DNA from: a candidate division FCPU426 bacterium
GTDB lineage: Bacteria; Oederibacteriota; Muellerivitia; Muellerivitales; Muellerivitaceae
Assembly: GCA_963771075.1 (NCBI GenBank)
Contig: CAVYSE010000017.1
Location: 104,021 to 168,020 of the forward strand
Direction: 5' to 3'
DNA length: 64,000 nucleotides
The position numbers and the translations under genes are program-made. The notes beneath the pieces were generated by a model, which worked only from the letters and a program-made list of their open reading frames with translations, ran no database searches and was not told where the DNA came from. Shown here piece by piece: positions 9,145 through 18,280 of this stretch. Every line of letters begins with the position of its first letter. The first letter of the stretch is position 1.

Positions 9145-11172
9145 ATGATGAATCGGCCGAGATTTTTCGGATGGATAGTTGAATACCTTTATGCCTTGGG
9201 GAAATCTTTGACCCACCTCGCCGAAAAAATCAAACTCCTACCCGGGCCCATCCTCATCTTGGGCGCCAGCGGTTTTGTGGGTGCCAATTTATTGCGCCAA
9301 CTACTCACGCAAAGGCCCGATGTTTTCGGGACCTATTTTCATTTTCCCGCTTGGCGCTTGGAGGGGATTCCCGCCGACGTCTTGGTTCAAGTGGACCTTC
9401 TTCACGAGTCGAAATTGGATGAAGTACTCCAGAAGGTCAACCCCAAGGTTCTGTTTAATTGTTTGTCCTATGGCGCCTATTCATTCGAAACCCAACATGA
9501 CCGGATCTACCAGACCAATTTCATCCTCACCGAAAAAATCCTCCGAAAACTGGACCCTCTTCATTTGACCGCCTACGTGCACTCCGGTAGTTCCTCGGAA
9601 TATGGGGACCACGGAGCGGGTCCCGTCGAGGAAGAATGGGCCCTCCCTAACAGCGAATACGCCGTCTCGAAACTATCCTGCGCCCATCTCTTGAATTATT
9701 ACGGAAAAAAGAAAGGCCTACCCTGCGCCAATTTGCGTCTTTACTCTGTTTACGGCCCCCTGGAAGATTCTTCCCGGCTCATTCCCGCCCTCATCCAGGA
9801 GGGATGTCATGGGAAATATCCCCCGCTGGTCGAACCCAAAGTTTCCCGTGATTTCGTTTATGTGGAAGATGTTTGCGAGGCCTTTTTGGATGCCGCATTG
9901 GGGCTGAAGCGTGAAAATTACGGTGATTCATTCAACATCGGAACTGGAACCAAGACCACGATTGCCGACGCGGCCTACACCGCGAAAAAGATCCTCCAAA
10001 TCCAGGCCGAACCTTCCTTTCAAAAGATGGAAAATCGCGCTTGGGATCTTCGAGATTGGTACGCCAACCCCGAAAAGGCCAAAAGAAGTTTAGGTTGGAA
10101 AGCCCGCACTTCCTTCGAGGAGGGGCTTCGCCTGACCATCCAATGGTATCTAGGCCTTCCGGACAAGGATGCCTATCGGCAAGCGTCCAAAATCTCCGCT
10201 CCCAGAGAGGCCCGAAGCGTATCAGCCATCGTGGCTTGCTACAAGGATGGACAAGCCATCTCGCTGATGCATGAACGGCTGACGGCGGTTTTCCGCAAAC
10301 TCGGAATCGATTACGAAATCATCTTCGTTAATGACAACAGCCCGGATAACTGCGAGGAGGTTATCACACAACTGAGCGCCTCGGACCCCCATACCCTCGG
10401 TATCTCCCACTCCCGAAATTTCGGTTCCCAATCAGCGTTCCGAAGCGGCTTAGAAATCGCCACCAAGGGCGCTTGTGTTCTTTTGGACGGGGATCTACAG
10501 GATCCCCCCGAGGTCATCGAGACATTCGTGGCGAAATGGCGAGAAGGTTACGAGGTCATTTACGGCCGCCGGGTGAAACGGGAGGCTACCCTTTTCATGC
10601 AGCTGGCCTATAAAACTTTTTACAGGATTTTCGAGTATTTTTCCTATTTGCCCATTCCCCGGGACGCGGGTGATTTTTCCCTTATCGACCGCCGTGTAGT
10701 CCAAGCGATCTTAAAATTTCCGGAGCGGGACCTTTTCTTGAGGGGAATTCGGGCCTTTGTGGGTTTTAAGCAAACGGGAGTGGACTATGTCCGACCCGAG
10801 CGAGTTTTCGGGAAAAGCACGAACAACCTTTTTAAAAACTTGAATTGGGCGAAAAAGGGAATCCTTTCCTACAGTTACACTCCTTTGAGTATGCTGACCT
10901 TCCTTGGCACCCTATTGTTTCTTCTCGGTCTTTGCCTGGGCGTTTATCAGCTTTTTTTTCGCCTTTTATACCCGGACCAAACCCCCAAGGGAATGACAAC
11001 CCTTCTTCTTTGCATTTTGGTTTTTGGCTCCATCAATTTATTCGGTCTGGCCATCTTGGGCGAGTACATCGCAAAAATATTCGAGGAAGTTAAACAGCGC
11101 CCCCATTTTGTCCGCCGGGCCATTATCCAAAACGGTTTGGTTCGGCCGGTCGTCGAAACACCCAAGCTTTGA
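9145..11172 (+). CDS. NAD-dependent sugar epimerase/dehydratase fused to a polyisoprenyl-phosphate GT2 (ArnC/GtrB-like); start uncertain
   Basis: GASGFVG, GSSSEYG and YAVSK (SDR motifs); then FVNDNSPD, SRNFGSQ, LDGDLQDPPE, GDFSLIDR and two C-terminal TMs ending GEYIAKIFEE. Confidence 0.9.
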   Translation: MMNRPRFFGWIVEYLYALGKSLTHLAEKIKLLPGPILILGASGFVGANLLRQLLTQRPDVFGTYFHFPAWRLEGIPADVLVQVDLLHESKLDEVLQKVNPKVLFNCLSYGAYSFETQHDRIYQTNFILTEKILRKLDPLHLTAYVHSGSSSEYGDHGAGPVEEEWALPNSEYAVSKLSCAHLLNYYGKKKGLPCANLRLYSVYGPLEDSSRLIPALIQEGCHGKYPPLVEPKVSRDFVYVEDVCEAFLDAALGLKRENYGDSFNIGTGTKTTIADAAYTAKKILQIQAEPSFQKMENRAWDLRDWYANPEKAKRSLGWKARTSFEEGLRLTIQWYLGLPDKDAYRQASKISAPREARSVSAIVACYKDGQAISLMHERLTAVFRKLGIDYEIIFVNDNSPDNCEEVITQLSASDPHTLGISHSRNFGSQSAFRSGLEIATKGACVLLDGDLQDPPEVIETFVAKWREGYEVIYGRRVKREATLFMQLAYKTFYRIFEYFSYLPIPRDAGDFSLIDRRVVQAILKFPERDLFLRGIRAFVGFKQTGVDYVRPERVFGKSTNNLFKNLNWAKKGILSYSYTPLSMLTFLGTLLFLLGLCLGVYQLFFRLLYPDQTPKGMTTLLLCILVFGSINLFGLAILGEYIAKIFEEVKQRPHFVRRAIIQNGLVRPVVETPKL

Positions 11173-11183
11173 TAGGTCGTCCG

Positions 11184-12095
11184 ATGAAAAAAATAAAATG
11201 GGTCTCCCGATCCTGCCCGGTTTGCGGCTCTCGGGACTCATCCCGCATCTTTGCCGAACCCCGCTACAAACTGGAAAAGTTGGGAGCTTTTGCCTTCTCC
11301 TCTCGCAAAATCCCTGAATATATGCATTATCGGCTGGTGGAATGCCCCTCTTGCGATCTTCTGTACGCCACCCCCCTGCCCTCCCAGAAAGACCTGACCC
11401 GGGCCTATCACGAGGCGGCTTTTGACAGCTCCGAGGAAGCTCATTCCGCAGCCCGCACCTACGGCCGAATTTTGGAGAGATTCTTGGAGGACTTACCGAA
11501 AAAAAGACGGACGCTGGATATTGGGACGGGGGACGGGGCTTTCTTGGAGGAACTTTTATCGAGAGGATTTAAGGAGGTTCGAGGCGTGGAACCTTCCCCG
11601 GCTTCCATCCAAGCCTGCCTTCCCCAGGTAGGGCCCTTGATCCAGCAGGGGCTTTTCGACCAGAAACGATATAAAAGGGAAAGTTTGAGCCTGGTGTCCT
11701 GTTTCCAAACCATAGAACACCTTTTTGATCCCCTTGCCATGGCCAAAGATGCCCAACGGATCTTAACCAAGGGAGGCGCACTTTTTCTGGTCGGGCATAA
11801 CCGCCGAGCCTTCTCGGCAAGAATTTTGGGGCGCAGGTCTCCCATCTTCGACATCGAGCATCTTCAGCTTTTTTCACCCCGAAGCCTGAGGGTGATGCTG
11901 GAACAAGCCGGCTATGAGAGGGTTCGGGTTTTCCCGATCACAAACGCCTATCCCATCCATTACTGGGTGAAACTACTTCCCTTCCCCGGTTCCATGAAAC
12001 CTGCCCTCATCGGCTTCCTGAAGGCAATGGGAATCGGCCGTCTCGTGGTTCCCCTGCCGGCCGGCAACATGGCGGCGGTGGGATTTAAAAAATAA
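11184..12095 (+). CDS. Class I SAM methyltransferase with N-terminal Cys pairs (sugar methyltransferase-like)
   Basis: CPVC...CPSC, LDIGTGDG, FQTIEHLFDP and EHLQLFS motifs. Confidence 0.8.
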   Translation: MKKIKWVSRSCPVCGSRDSSRIFAEPRYKLEKLGAFAFSSRKIPEYMHYRLVECPSCDLLYATPLPSQKDLTRAYHEAAFDSSEEAHSAARTYGRILERFLEDLPKKRRTLDIGTGDGAFLEELLSRGFKEVRGVEPSPASIQACLPQVGPLIQQGLFDQKRYKRESLSLVSCFQTIEHLFDPLAMAKDAQRILTKGGALFLVGHNRRAFSARILGRRSPIFDIEHLQLFSPRSLRVMLEQAGYERVRVFPITNAYPIHYWVKLLPFPGSMKPALIGFLKAMGIGRLVVPLPAGNMAAVGFKK

Positions 12096-12106
12096 CCGAT
12101 CATTTC

Positions 12107-12937
12107 CTAATAGGATACGATGAGCCCGGTTTCCAGGGGAAACAGATTGACCGGGGAATCCGTATAAGCCACGTTCGCGAACCGGGGAGATGTCATGGCC
12201 CATAGTCCCCTGCCCTGGACAAAAATCTCCATTCCGTTAAGAGCCTTAAAACTAAGACCCAGGCCTCCTTCCAAAAGGAAATCCACCTCGCTACCGTTGA
12301 TGGGCACCGTCACCGTTTGATAGGTAGTGTCCACCAAGGGGATCGTGCTTCGATCTTCGTTGTAGGTTAAACCCGGACCCAAAAGGACAAAAGGCGATAG
12401 GGGGCCGGTAAGAATCCGGTAACGCACAATTCCGGCTAAGCCGATCAACATATAATTATTATTGTTCGTCAAACCCGCATTTTTATTGTTGAACTGGTCT
12501 AAGTTGAAATCAATCCAAAGGGATAAGGGGTCGGAAACCTTAAGACCCATTCCCAAGCCCAAATGGAACGCTGTGGAATAGGCTTCTTGCAAATGAGAGC
12601 TTAAAGGAATTCCCGCCCCTACGCTAATGAGGGAAAGCCAAACCCCCTGTTTGTACCGTAAATCCTCCGGCCGCACCGGTGTGGGGCTCGCGACCACCAC
12701 CCAATCCTGAAGTTTGACCTTTTCACCGATGGTGGGGGTAAATGCTTTTTCCGGTTCATTCCGAACCTCGGAAAGTGATTCCCCTACACTTGCAGACCCC
12801 TGGGTTGGCAAAGAAGCGGATGGGGTCGCACCCAGGGGTTTGGGGGTAGGAGTGGGGCTGGATAATGTTTGGCCCCAAACACACCCCCAGGCCAATAGGC
12901 AGAAAAGGGAAACTGAAGCTACCAGTCGGGAGCTCAA
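12107..12937 (-). CDS. Exported outer-membrane beta-barrel-like protein
   Basis: Signal peptide, Pro/Thr/Ser linker, alternating amphipathic strands (PFVLLGPGLTY, EGGLGLSF) and a C-terminal aromatic residue (Y). Confidence 0.6.
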   Translation of the reverse strand: MSSRLVASVSLFCLLAWGCVWGQTLSSPTPTPKPLGATPSASLPTQGSASVGESLSEVRNEPEKAFTPTIGEKVKLQDWVVVASPTPVRPEDLRYKQGVWLSLISVGAGIPLSSHLQEAYSTAFHLGLGMGLKVSDPLSLWIDFNLDQFNNKNAGLTNNNNYMLIGLAGIVRYRILTGPLSPFVLLGPGLTYNEDRSTIPLVDTTYQTVTVPINGSEVDFLLEGGLGLSFKALNGMEIFVQGRGLWAMTSPRFANVAYTDSPVNLFPLETGLIVSY

Positions 12938-13221
12938 GTCTTTTCCACTCGGGAAACCAACCGAATTTGGCTTAATACGGCATCGACTGATTCACATTTC
13001 TCGAGGGCCCCAAAGTAGATTGACGCTTTTCCCTTTTCATGAACCCGCATGGTTAATTCGGCTGCCATTTGCAAGGGGTATCCGGTCGCCTTTTGGATTT
13101 GAAGGATGACTTCATCAAAACCGTGAACATCATCGTTAAAAAGCACCACCTGCCAAGGATTATTCAATTTCGTTTCTTCGATCGTTCTATTTGTTGTCTT
13201 TTCGATGGGCTTGTTTTTCAT
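12934..13221 (-). CDS. clpS: ATP-dependent Clp protease adaptor ClpS-like protein
   Basis: WQVVLFNDDVHGFDEVI...A..LTMRVHEKGKA signature; start chosen at the internal ATG. Confidence 0.8.
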   Translation of the reverse strand: MKNKPIEKTTNRTIEETKLNNPWQVVLFNDDVHGFDEVILQIQKATGYPLQMAAELTMRVHEKGKASIYFGALEKCESVDAVLSQIRLVSRVEKT

Positions 13222-13237
13222 GTTCCGGGATTGATCC

Positions 13238-14149
13238 TTAACCCCTTTCAATAAAAGCTTTGATTTTTCTTTTCAACGATGCCTGGTCTAAGCCCACCCG
13301 TTGAAGCATATAATTCCTAGACCCGGTGATTCCCTCCGGCATCTCACAAACCCCCATGGCCTTGAAGTTGACCGCCTTTCCCAAGGAAGCGATTGTTTCA
13401 GCCACAAGGGAACTCAACCCGCCAGGAAGGTAATGCTCCTCGATGGAAATAACATTTTTGAATCCATGGATTAGCTTTTCCAGTGCCAGTGTGGGAGGTG
13501 GATTGATCGTCGCAACGATCCCGACGGTGGCGTTTCCCAATGTATTGGCCACTTCCGCCACATCGCACGCCATGCCGCCGGTGGAAAGCAATAGCACCTC
13601 CCGTCCGGACCCCACGATCTCCACGGAACCCATTGAAAAGCGACCGTTTAAACCCTCCACTTTCCTGTCCCCTCCCTTTCCAATCCGGAAATACAAGGGG
13701 CCGGGATGGTCGTAAGTGGCATAGAGGGCGTTTCGGGTTTGATCCGGGTCGGCTGGCGCGATCACCCCCAAACCCGGTTGAACGCGCATGATGGAAAAAT
13801 CTTCCAGCGAATAGTGGGAGGTGCCCGAATGCCCGTAGGAAAAACCGCCGCCGATTCCAATGATCCGCACCGGCAATTTATGCAACACGGGACCGTTTCG
13901 GATTTGTTCATAACCTCTCATGGAGGCAAAAGTTGCGATGGAATAAACATAAGGGATCCAACCATCCAGGGCCAATCCCGTTGCCAAATTCACCATGTTC
14001 GCCTCGGCAATCCCCACATTAAAGAATCGGTCCGGATAGGCGGCCGCGTATTTTTCCAACACCATGAAACCCAGGTCCCCCGTAAGGAGACATATGCGTT
14101 TGTCTTGCGCGGATATCCTTAACAAAGTTTCGACAAAGGCGGTTCTCAA
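13238..14149 (-). CDS. Transketolase-like protein, C-terminal (pyrimidine-binding) subunit
   Basis: LTGDLG, FFNVGIAEANM, YEQIRN, SHYSLED and IEEHY..GGL motifs. Confidence 0.9.
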   Translation of the reverse strand: MRTAFVETLLRISAQDKRICLLTGDLGFMVLEKYAAAYPDRFFNVGIAEANMVNLATGLALDGWIPYVYSIATFASMRGYEQIRNGPVLHKLPVRIIGIGGGFSYGHSGTSHYSLEDFSIMRVQPGLGVIAPADPDQTRNALYATYDHPGPLYFRIGKGGDRKVEGLNGRFSMGSVEIVGSGREVLLLSTGGMACDVAEVANTLGNATVGIVATINPPPTLALEKLIHGFKNVISIEEHYLPGGLSSLVAETIASLGKAVNFKAMGVCEMPEGITGSRNYMLQRVGLDQASLKRKIKAFIERG

Positions 14150-14922
14150 GGCTGATCCTCCAGCTCCCGGATCGCCTGAAGGGATTGCTCTTCATTAAGG
14201 GGATAATAATGCCATTCGAATTTGCCCTCCATGAAGGAAACACCTTTTCCCCCCACAGTCCGGGCTATCAAAACACGTGGCCGATCCCCGACTGGTGCGG
14301 AAAAGGCTTTTTCCAAGGCGCTTTGATCGTGGCCGTCCACCCTCTGGGTTTGCCATCCGAACGAACCCCATCGTTCCTCCAAGGGTTCTAGGTCCAGCAC
14401 ATCCCGGGTTTTCCCAAAGGCTTGAAGCCCATTGGCGTCTACGATCGCGGTTAGATTGGATAACCGATGATGGGCGGCGAACATGACGGCTTCCCAAACC
14501 GACCCCTCATCGCACTCCCCGTCGCTCAAAAGGATAAAAACCCTTTTTTGTTGATTTCGCAATTTCGCCGAGAGCGCCAATCCAGCTCCCACTGACAACC
14601 CATTTCCTAAGGAACCGGTGGTCAATTCAACACCCGGGATTCCGCGTTCGGGATGCACGCCAAGCCGGGAACCGTCCTGGCAATAGGTTTCAAGCTCCTC
14701 TCGCGTAATCAGGCCTTTCAAGTAAAGGGCCGCGTAAAGGGCCAAGCCCGCGTGGCCTTTGGAAAGGATGAATCGGTCGCGGAATGGTTCGGGCCCTTCC
14801 CGTAGGATCTTTTCGTACAAAACCGCCACCAAATCGCATACACAAAGGGCCGATGCGATATGGCCTACTTTCGCGATACGCGAAATTTCGATCACGATCT
14901 TGCGCAATTCCAACCCCGTCAT
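14146..14922 (-). CDS. Transketolase-like protein, N-terminal (TPP-binding) subunit
   Basis: GHIASAL, DRFILSKGH, TGSLGNG and SDGECDEGSVWEA TPP motif. Confidence 0.9.
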   Translation of the reverse strand: MTGLELRKIVIEISRIAKVGHIASALCVCDLVAVLYEKILREGPEPFRDRFILSKGHAGLALYAALYLKGLITREELETYCQDGSRLGVHPERGIPGVELTTGSLGNGLSVGAGLALSAKLRNQQKRVFILLSDGECDEGSVWEAVMFAAHHRLSNLTAIVDANGLQAFGKTRDVLDLEPLEERWGSFGWQTQRVDGHDQSALEKAFSAPVGDRPRVLIARTVGGKGVSFMEGKFEWHYYPLNEEQSLQAIRELEDQP

Positions 14923-14944
14923 GGGAACTCCTCTTTCCAGCGGA

Positions 14945-15784
14945 TCAGTCCAGTTTCATAGAATCGGTATAGGACAAAGAATTGATGTTTTTGCCTAATT
15001 TATATATTTGATAGGTCGGCCCACCCTTGCATCCCATCACCAAAACGAGATAACGGAAACCTAACACGCGGATCACTTGCCTGGCAATCACGGGGCAGTC
15101 ATCCTTGGGCTTGGGGTTTTTCAGTTTGGCCAGGAAAGACGAGTGGATTTTATCGACCGTGAAATCCATTCCGGACGGATCCTCTTCGCTAGCCTGGGGT
15201 TGATCCTTGGCCGCCGTATTCGGCGGCACGGAAACAAACAACACCCATTCCAACACTTCAGCCGCAGTATCCCTGGAAAACTTGGAGGTCACCTTTCTGA
15301 GCGGTTTGGTGTCAATTTTAAAATCGATCCCATATTCGCCATCAGCCCCGTCGTAATAGGCCTGATAGCCGGTCGGTTTCGTGACACCCAAAAACTTGAT
15401 TTCATCCAAGGCCGGAGCGTAGCCGAAAGCCCATAATTTCTGACCAGGAGGAGGGAGCAGGTTTTGCCGGGCTGTGTTGTTTTTTAATTTCGGCGGGTGC
15501 TCCCGCATTAATTTGCTCAAGTCCTTTTCCTTTGGATGAAGATTGGGGATCAAGCCGATCTTTAAAAGGAATTTTTTGATGTCGAGTTGGATAGCCGGGT
15601 CATACAAACCCTTTAATCGCTGAACGGGGGCTGTTTGAATCAATTGGCAATGACGAAACGCAAAAAAGGCAGGTTGGCTCAAAGTGTTTCCGGCAATTAA
15701 GGATCCGGCGGCGGACAAAATCCAAAACACCCCCAGTACCTGGAAGAACCAAAGGCGAATATAACGTTGGCTGGAGTGGGTCAA
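14945..15784 (-). CDS. Hypothetical exported or membrane-anchored protein
   Basis: 279-aa ORF with a hydrophobic N-terminus; no recognised domain. Confidence 0.55.
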   Translation of the reverse strand: MTHSSQRYIRLWFFQVLGVFWILSAAGSLIAGNTLSQPAFFAFRHCQLIQTAPVQRLKGLYDPAIQLDIKKFLLKIGLIPNLHPKEKDLSKLMREHPPKLKNNTARQNLLPPPGQKLWAFGYAPALDEIKFLGVTKPTGYQAYYDGADGEYGIDFKIDTKPLRKVTSKFSRDTAAEVLEWVLFVSVPPNTAAKDQPQASEEDPSGMDFTVDKIHSSFLAKLKNPKPKDDCPVIARQVIRVLGFRYLVLVMGCKGGPTYQIYKLGKNINSLSYTDSMKLD

Positions 15785-16093
15785 TCTAACCTCTACGGGA
15801 TCATTCTAACCTTATTTGGACGCGCTAAGGTTCCCAAGACTGTTCATAATTTTAAACAAAAGAGGCAAAGTAGGAAAACGATGTTTTTCTGGAAGAAATT
15901 GCTCCGGGAGGCTTTATGGATTCCGTGATAAGGATGAATAACGTAAAACTTTTGCCTTCCGGACGAACCACTTTTCATCTTTATTAAAATGACGATTCAC
16001 CAAATCAACCCAACGGATCAAGTCGCCTCGTTATAACTTGGTGGTTAAAAGCGTTTCAAAGCAAAGAATACAAAGTGTTTCCAATTACGATTT

Positions 16094-16834
16094 TTATATC
16101 TTCTTGGGATCGTTTTCTATTCGAGAGCAAACATAATACTGCGCCCCCAGGGGGAGCCAGCTCAACCAGCGATCCAAAGCGGAAAACACAGGACTCCTAT
16201 ACGGCGTGAAAATAAGATAACCCGTTTCCGTGAGACGGCAGACCGCTTTTCGGAAAAGCCGTCGGACTTTTCCCATTCCTAAGAGGACCGCGTCATCATC
16301 CAACTCGCAACGGTGAACCGCCACCTGGGTCAATGGATTGAGGGGGTTATGCTCGAACACGATCACTAACCCGCCTTTTTTGGTGACTCGGATCATCTCC
16401 TCCGCGAACCTGTCCCAACCTTCCGGAACCACATGGTGCATGACGCATATGGCGAAGGTCACATCCATGGAATGATCTTTGTAGGGGAGGGTTTTTCCAG
16501 CGTAATACCGGTAGGCGGCCTTGGGGTTCAGGGCCTCTGCCTTTTCCACCACGCCCCGGTCCACGTCAATCCCGTGGACCTTTTTGAAATGGCCCGTGAG
16601 ATAGTAATCGGTAAGACCAACCCCGCAACCCACGTCTAGGATATTCAACTTGGAAGGATCCCCCAGGGAACGGCGGACCAATTCCAAAAGTTTTTTCACC
16701 TTTGCCTCGGTGAAAAAGGCCAGGTCCTGTCCAATGAAGGCTATGGATTTTTGGATTTCCTGGCGGTAAGTCTCTTTGTAGTACCCGAAATTGACCCTTA
16801 AATCATAAGGCCTTTTTGATTTTTTCGATGGCAT
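16094..16834 (-). CDS. Class I SAM-dependent methyltransferase
   Basis: ILDVGCGVG, CVMHHV and FEHNPLNPLT motifs. Confidence 0.85.
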   Translation of the reverse strand: MPSKKSKRPYDLRVNFGYYKETYRQEIQKSIAFIGQDLAFFTEAKVKKLLELVRRSLGDPSKLNILDVGCGVGLTDYYLTGHFKKVHGIDVDRGVVEKAEALNPKAAYRYYAGKTLPYKDHSMDVTFAICVMHHVVPEGWDRFAEEMIRVTKKGGLVIVFEHNPLNPLTQVAVHRCELDDDAVLLGMGKVRRLFRKAVCRLTETGYLIFTPYRSPVFSALDRWLSWLPLGAQYYVCSRIENDPKKI

Positions 16835-16964
16835 TCATTTTTCTCATACTTTCAAAAGATGAACCGCCGGGTCCAAACGACTATCCATGACAGTTTACTA
16901 GCCTGATATAAACGAAACACCGAATTAAAGGTGGAAATGAGCCCGGCTTACCCCCGAACGTTTC

Positions 16965-18011
16965 CTAATTCGACTGCTGGACCGGAAGGTCATAGACGGA
17001 GATGGCGTTCTTTTCGGCAGCAATCAGTTTGCCATCGGTCGTCACGCATAATCCCACAACCGTGCGGTAGGCCAAGTCGGAATCGGGATTTTGCACCGCC
17101 AAATCGCCCAAATATTTCCCGTCGATCGCGGAATAGACCTGGATAAATTGGTCGTTATTGAAGCAAACGTAAAGACGACCTATGCCGTCCAATGCAAGCG
17201 CCACGGGCGCGGATCGGAGGTTGATACGCTGGATCACTTGACCCGAGGGGTCCATGATCTTCACCCGGTTGTTCCCCGAATCGGCGATGTACAGGAAATT
17301 ACGGGCGTCCGATATCCCCGCCATGGGATTGCTCCACTGGTTCTTGCCCTTGCCCGCCCCCGAGTAGATCTTGTCCGAGGACCCATCCGGCCTCATGATG
17401 ACTACCCGGTTGCTTCCGGTGTCGGAAATAATGAAATTATCACCCACGCATCCCAATCCGACCGGGTTGTAAAAATAGCCTGTGGGGGAAGCGTCCACTG
17501 TCGGGAGGGGCTTCCCTTCCGGGGTGAACCCATGAATTAGGATCTTACTCGAATTATCCAAAACATGAATGTTGCCCTTGGTATCGGAAGCGATCCCGCT
17601 CAAGCCATTGCGGGGGTCTTTGGGACCGACCTGGGGGCTGAAGGACCTCACGAGCTTTCCCTCTTCCGTGAATTCCAGGATACGGTAGTTGGGGTTATCC
17701 GAAAGGGCGACTCGGTTCTGGGTAGTGGCGCAAATTCCCCAAGATTTGAAAGGCCCGCAAGAGAGCTTGTCACCCGAGAAACGGTTCACCAGGTGGATAT
17801 ACAATTCTTTTTTTGCCGGATAAAAGTTAATTTTATCCTTTACCAAAAAGCCGATGACGGCCACTACCGCCAAAACACCCAGGATCAGCAGGCCGGAACT
17901 CGAAGAAGAGGACCCTTGAGTTGTGGAAGATACCGTCGAAGGGGTTTCCACCGGCATGACCGCGATGGGGGTTGCGGTTTTCGATTTTTTGACATTCTTT
18001 TTTGGAGCCAT
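16965..18011 (-). CDS. Membrane-anchored NHL-repeat beta-propeller protein
   Basis: Lys-rich N-terminus, Ser/Thr linker, one TM; blades ISDTGSNRV, YIADSGNNRV, ALDGIGRLYV; GAGGTG RBS. Confidence 0.85.
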   Translation of the reverse strand: MAPKKNVKKSKTATPIAVMPVETPSTVSSTTQGSSSSSSGLLILGVLAVVAVIGFLVKDKINFYPAKKELYIHLVNRFSGDKLSCGPFKSWGICATTQNRVALSDNPNYRILEFTEEGKLVRSFSPQVGPKDPRNGLSGIASDTKGNIHVLDNSSKILIHGFTPEGKPLPTVDASPTGYFYNPVGLGCVGDNFIISDTGSNRVVIMRPDGSSDKIYSGAGKGKNQWSNPMAGISDARNFLYIADSGNNRVKIMDPSGQVIQRINLRSAPVALALDGIGRLYVCFNNDQFIQVYSAIDGKYLGDLAVQNPDSDLAYRTVVGLCVTTDGKLIAAEKNAISVYDLPVQQSN

Positions 18012-18280
18012 AATTCACCTCGTGGACTTAATAAAAACGTTTTTTAAGAAGGATACGTTATAAAAGTTTTTCTGCTCTCTTTCAATGCTTAATCCGCGTA
18101 AGGGGGTCAAAAAAAGACGGATTAACCCGGTTTCTTGGGGTCTGATGGGGGTGAATGGCCTTTTCAGCTGGATTTTTTCACCGGGCGCCGATCTCGAACA
18201 ACCTTCCCGCGGGTCCAGTCGTTGCGAAGCCATGTCCCCCTTTATCCAACCGCCCGAGGAGATTTGCGACGAGGGAAAAT

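Noticed and set aside
18012..18280. Possible riboswitch or ncRNA in the intergenic region
   Set aside because: No recognisable aptamer or terminator; cannot be supported without a covariance search.
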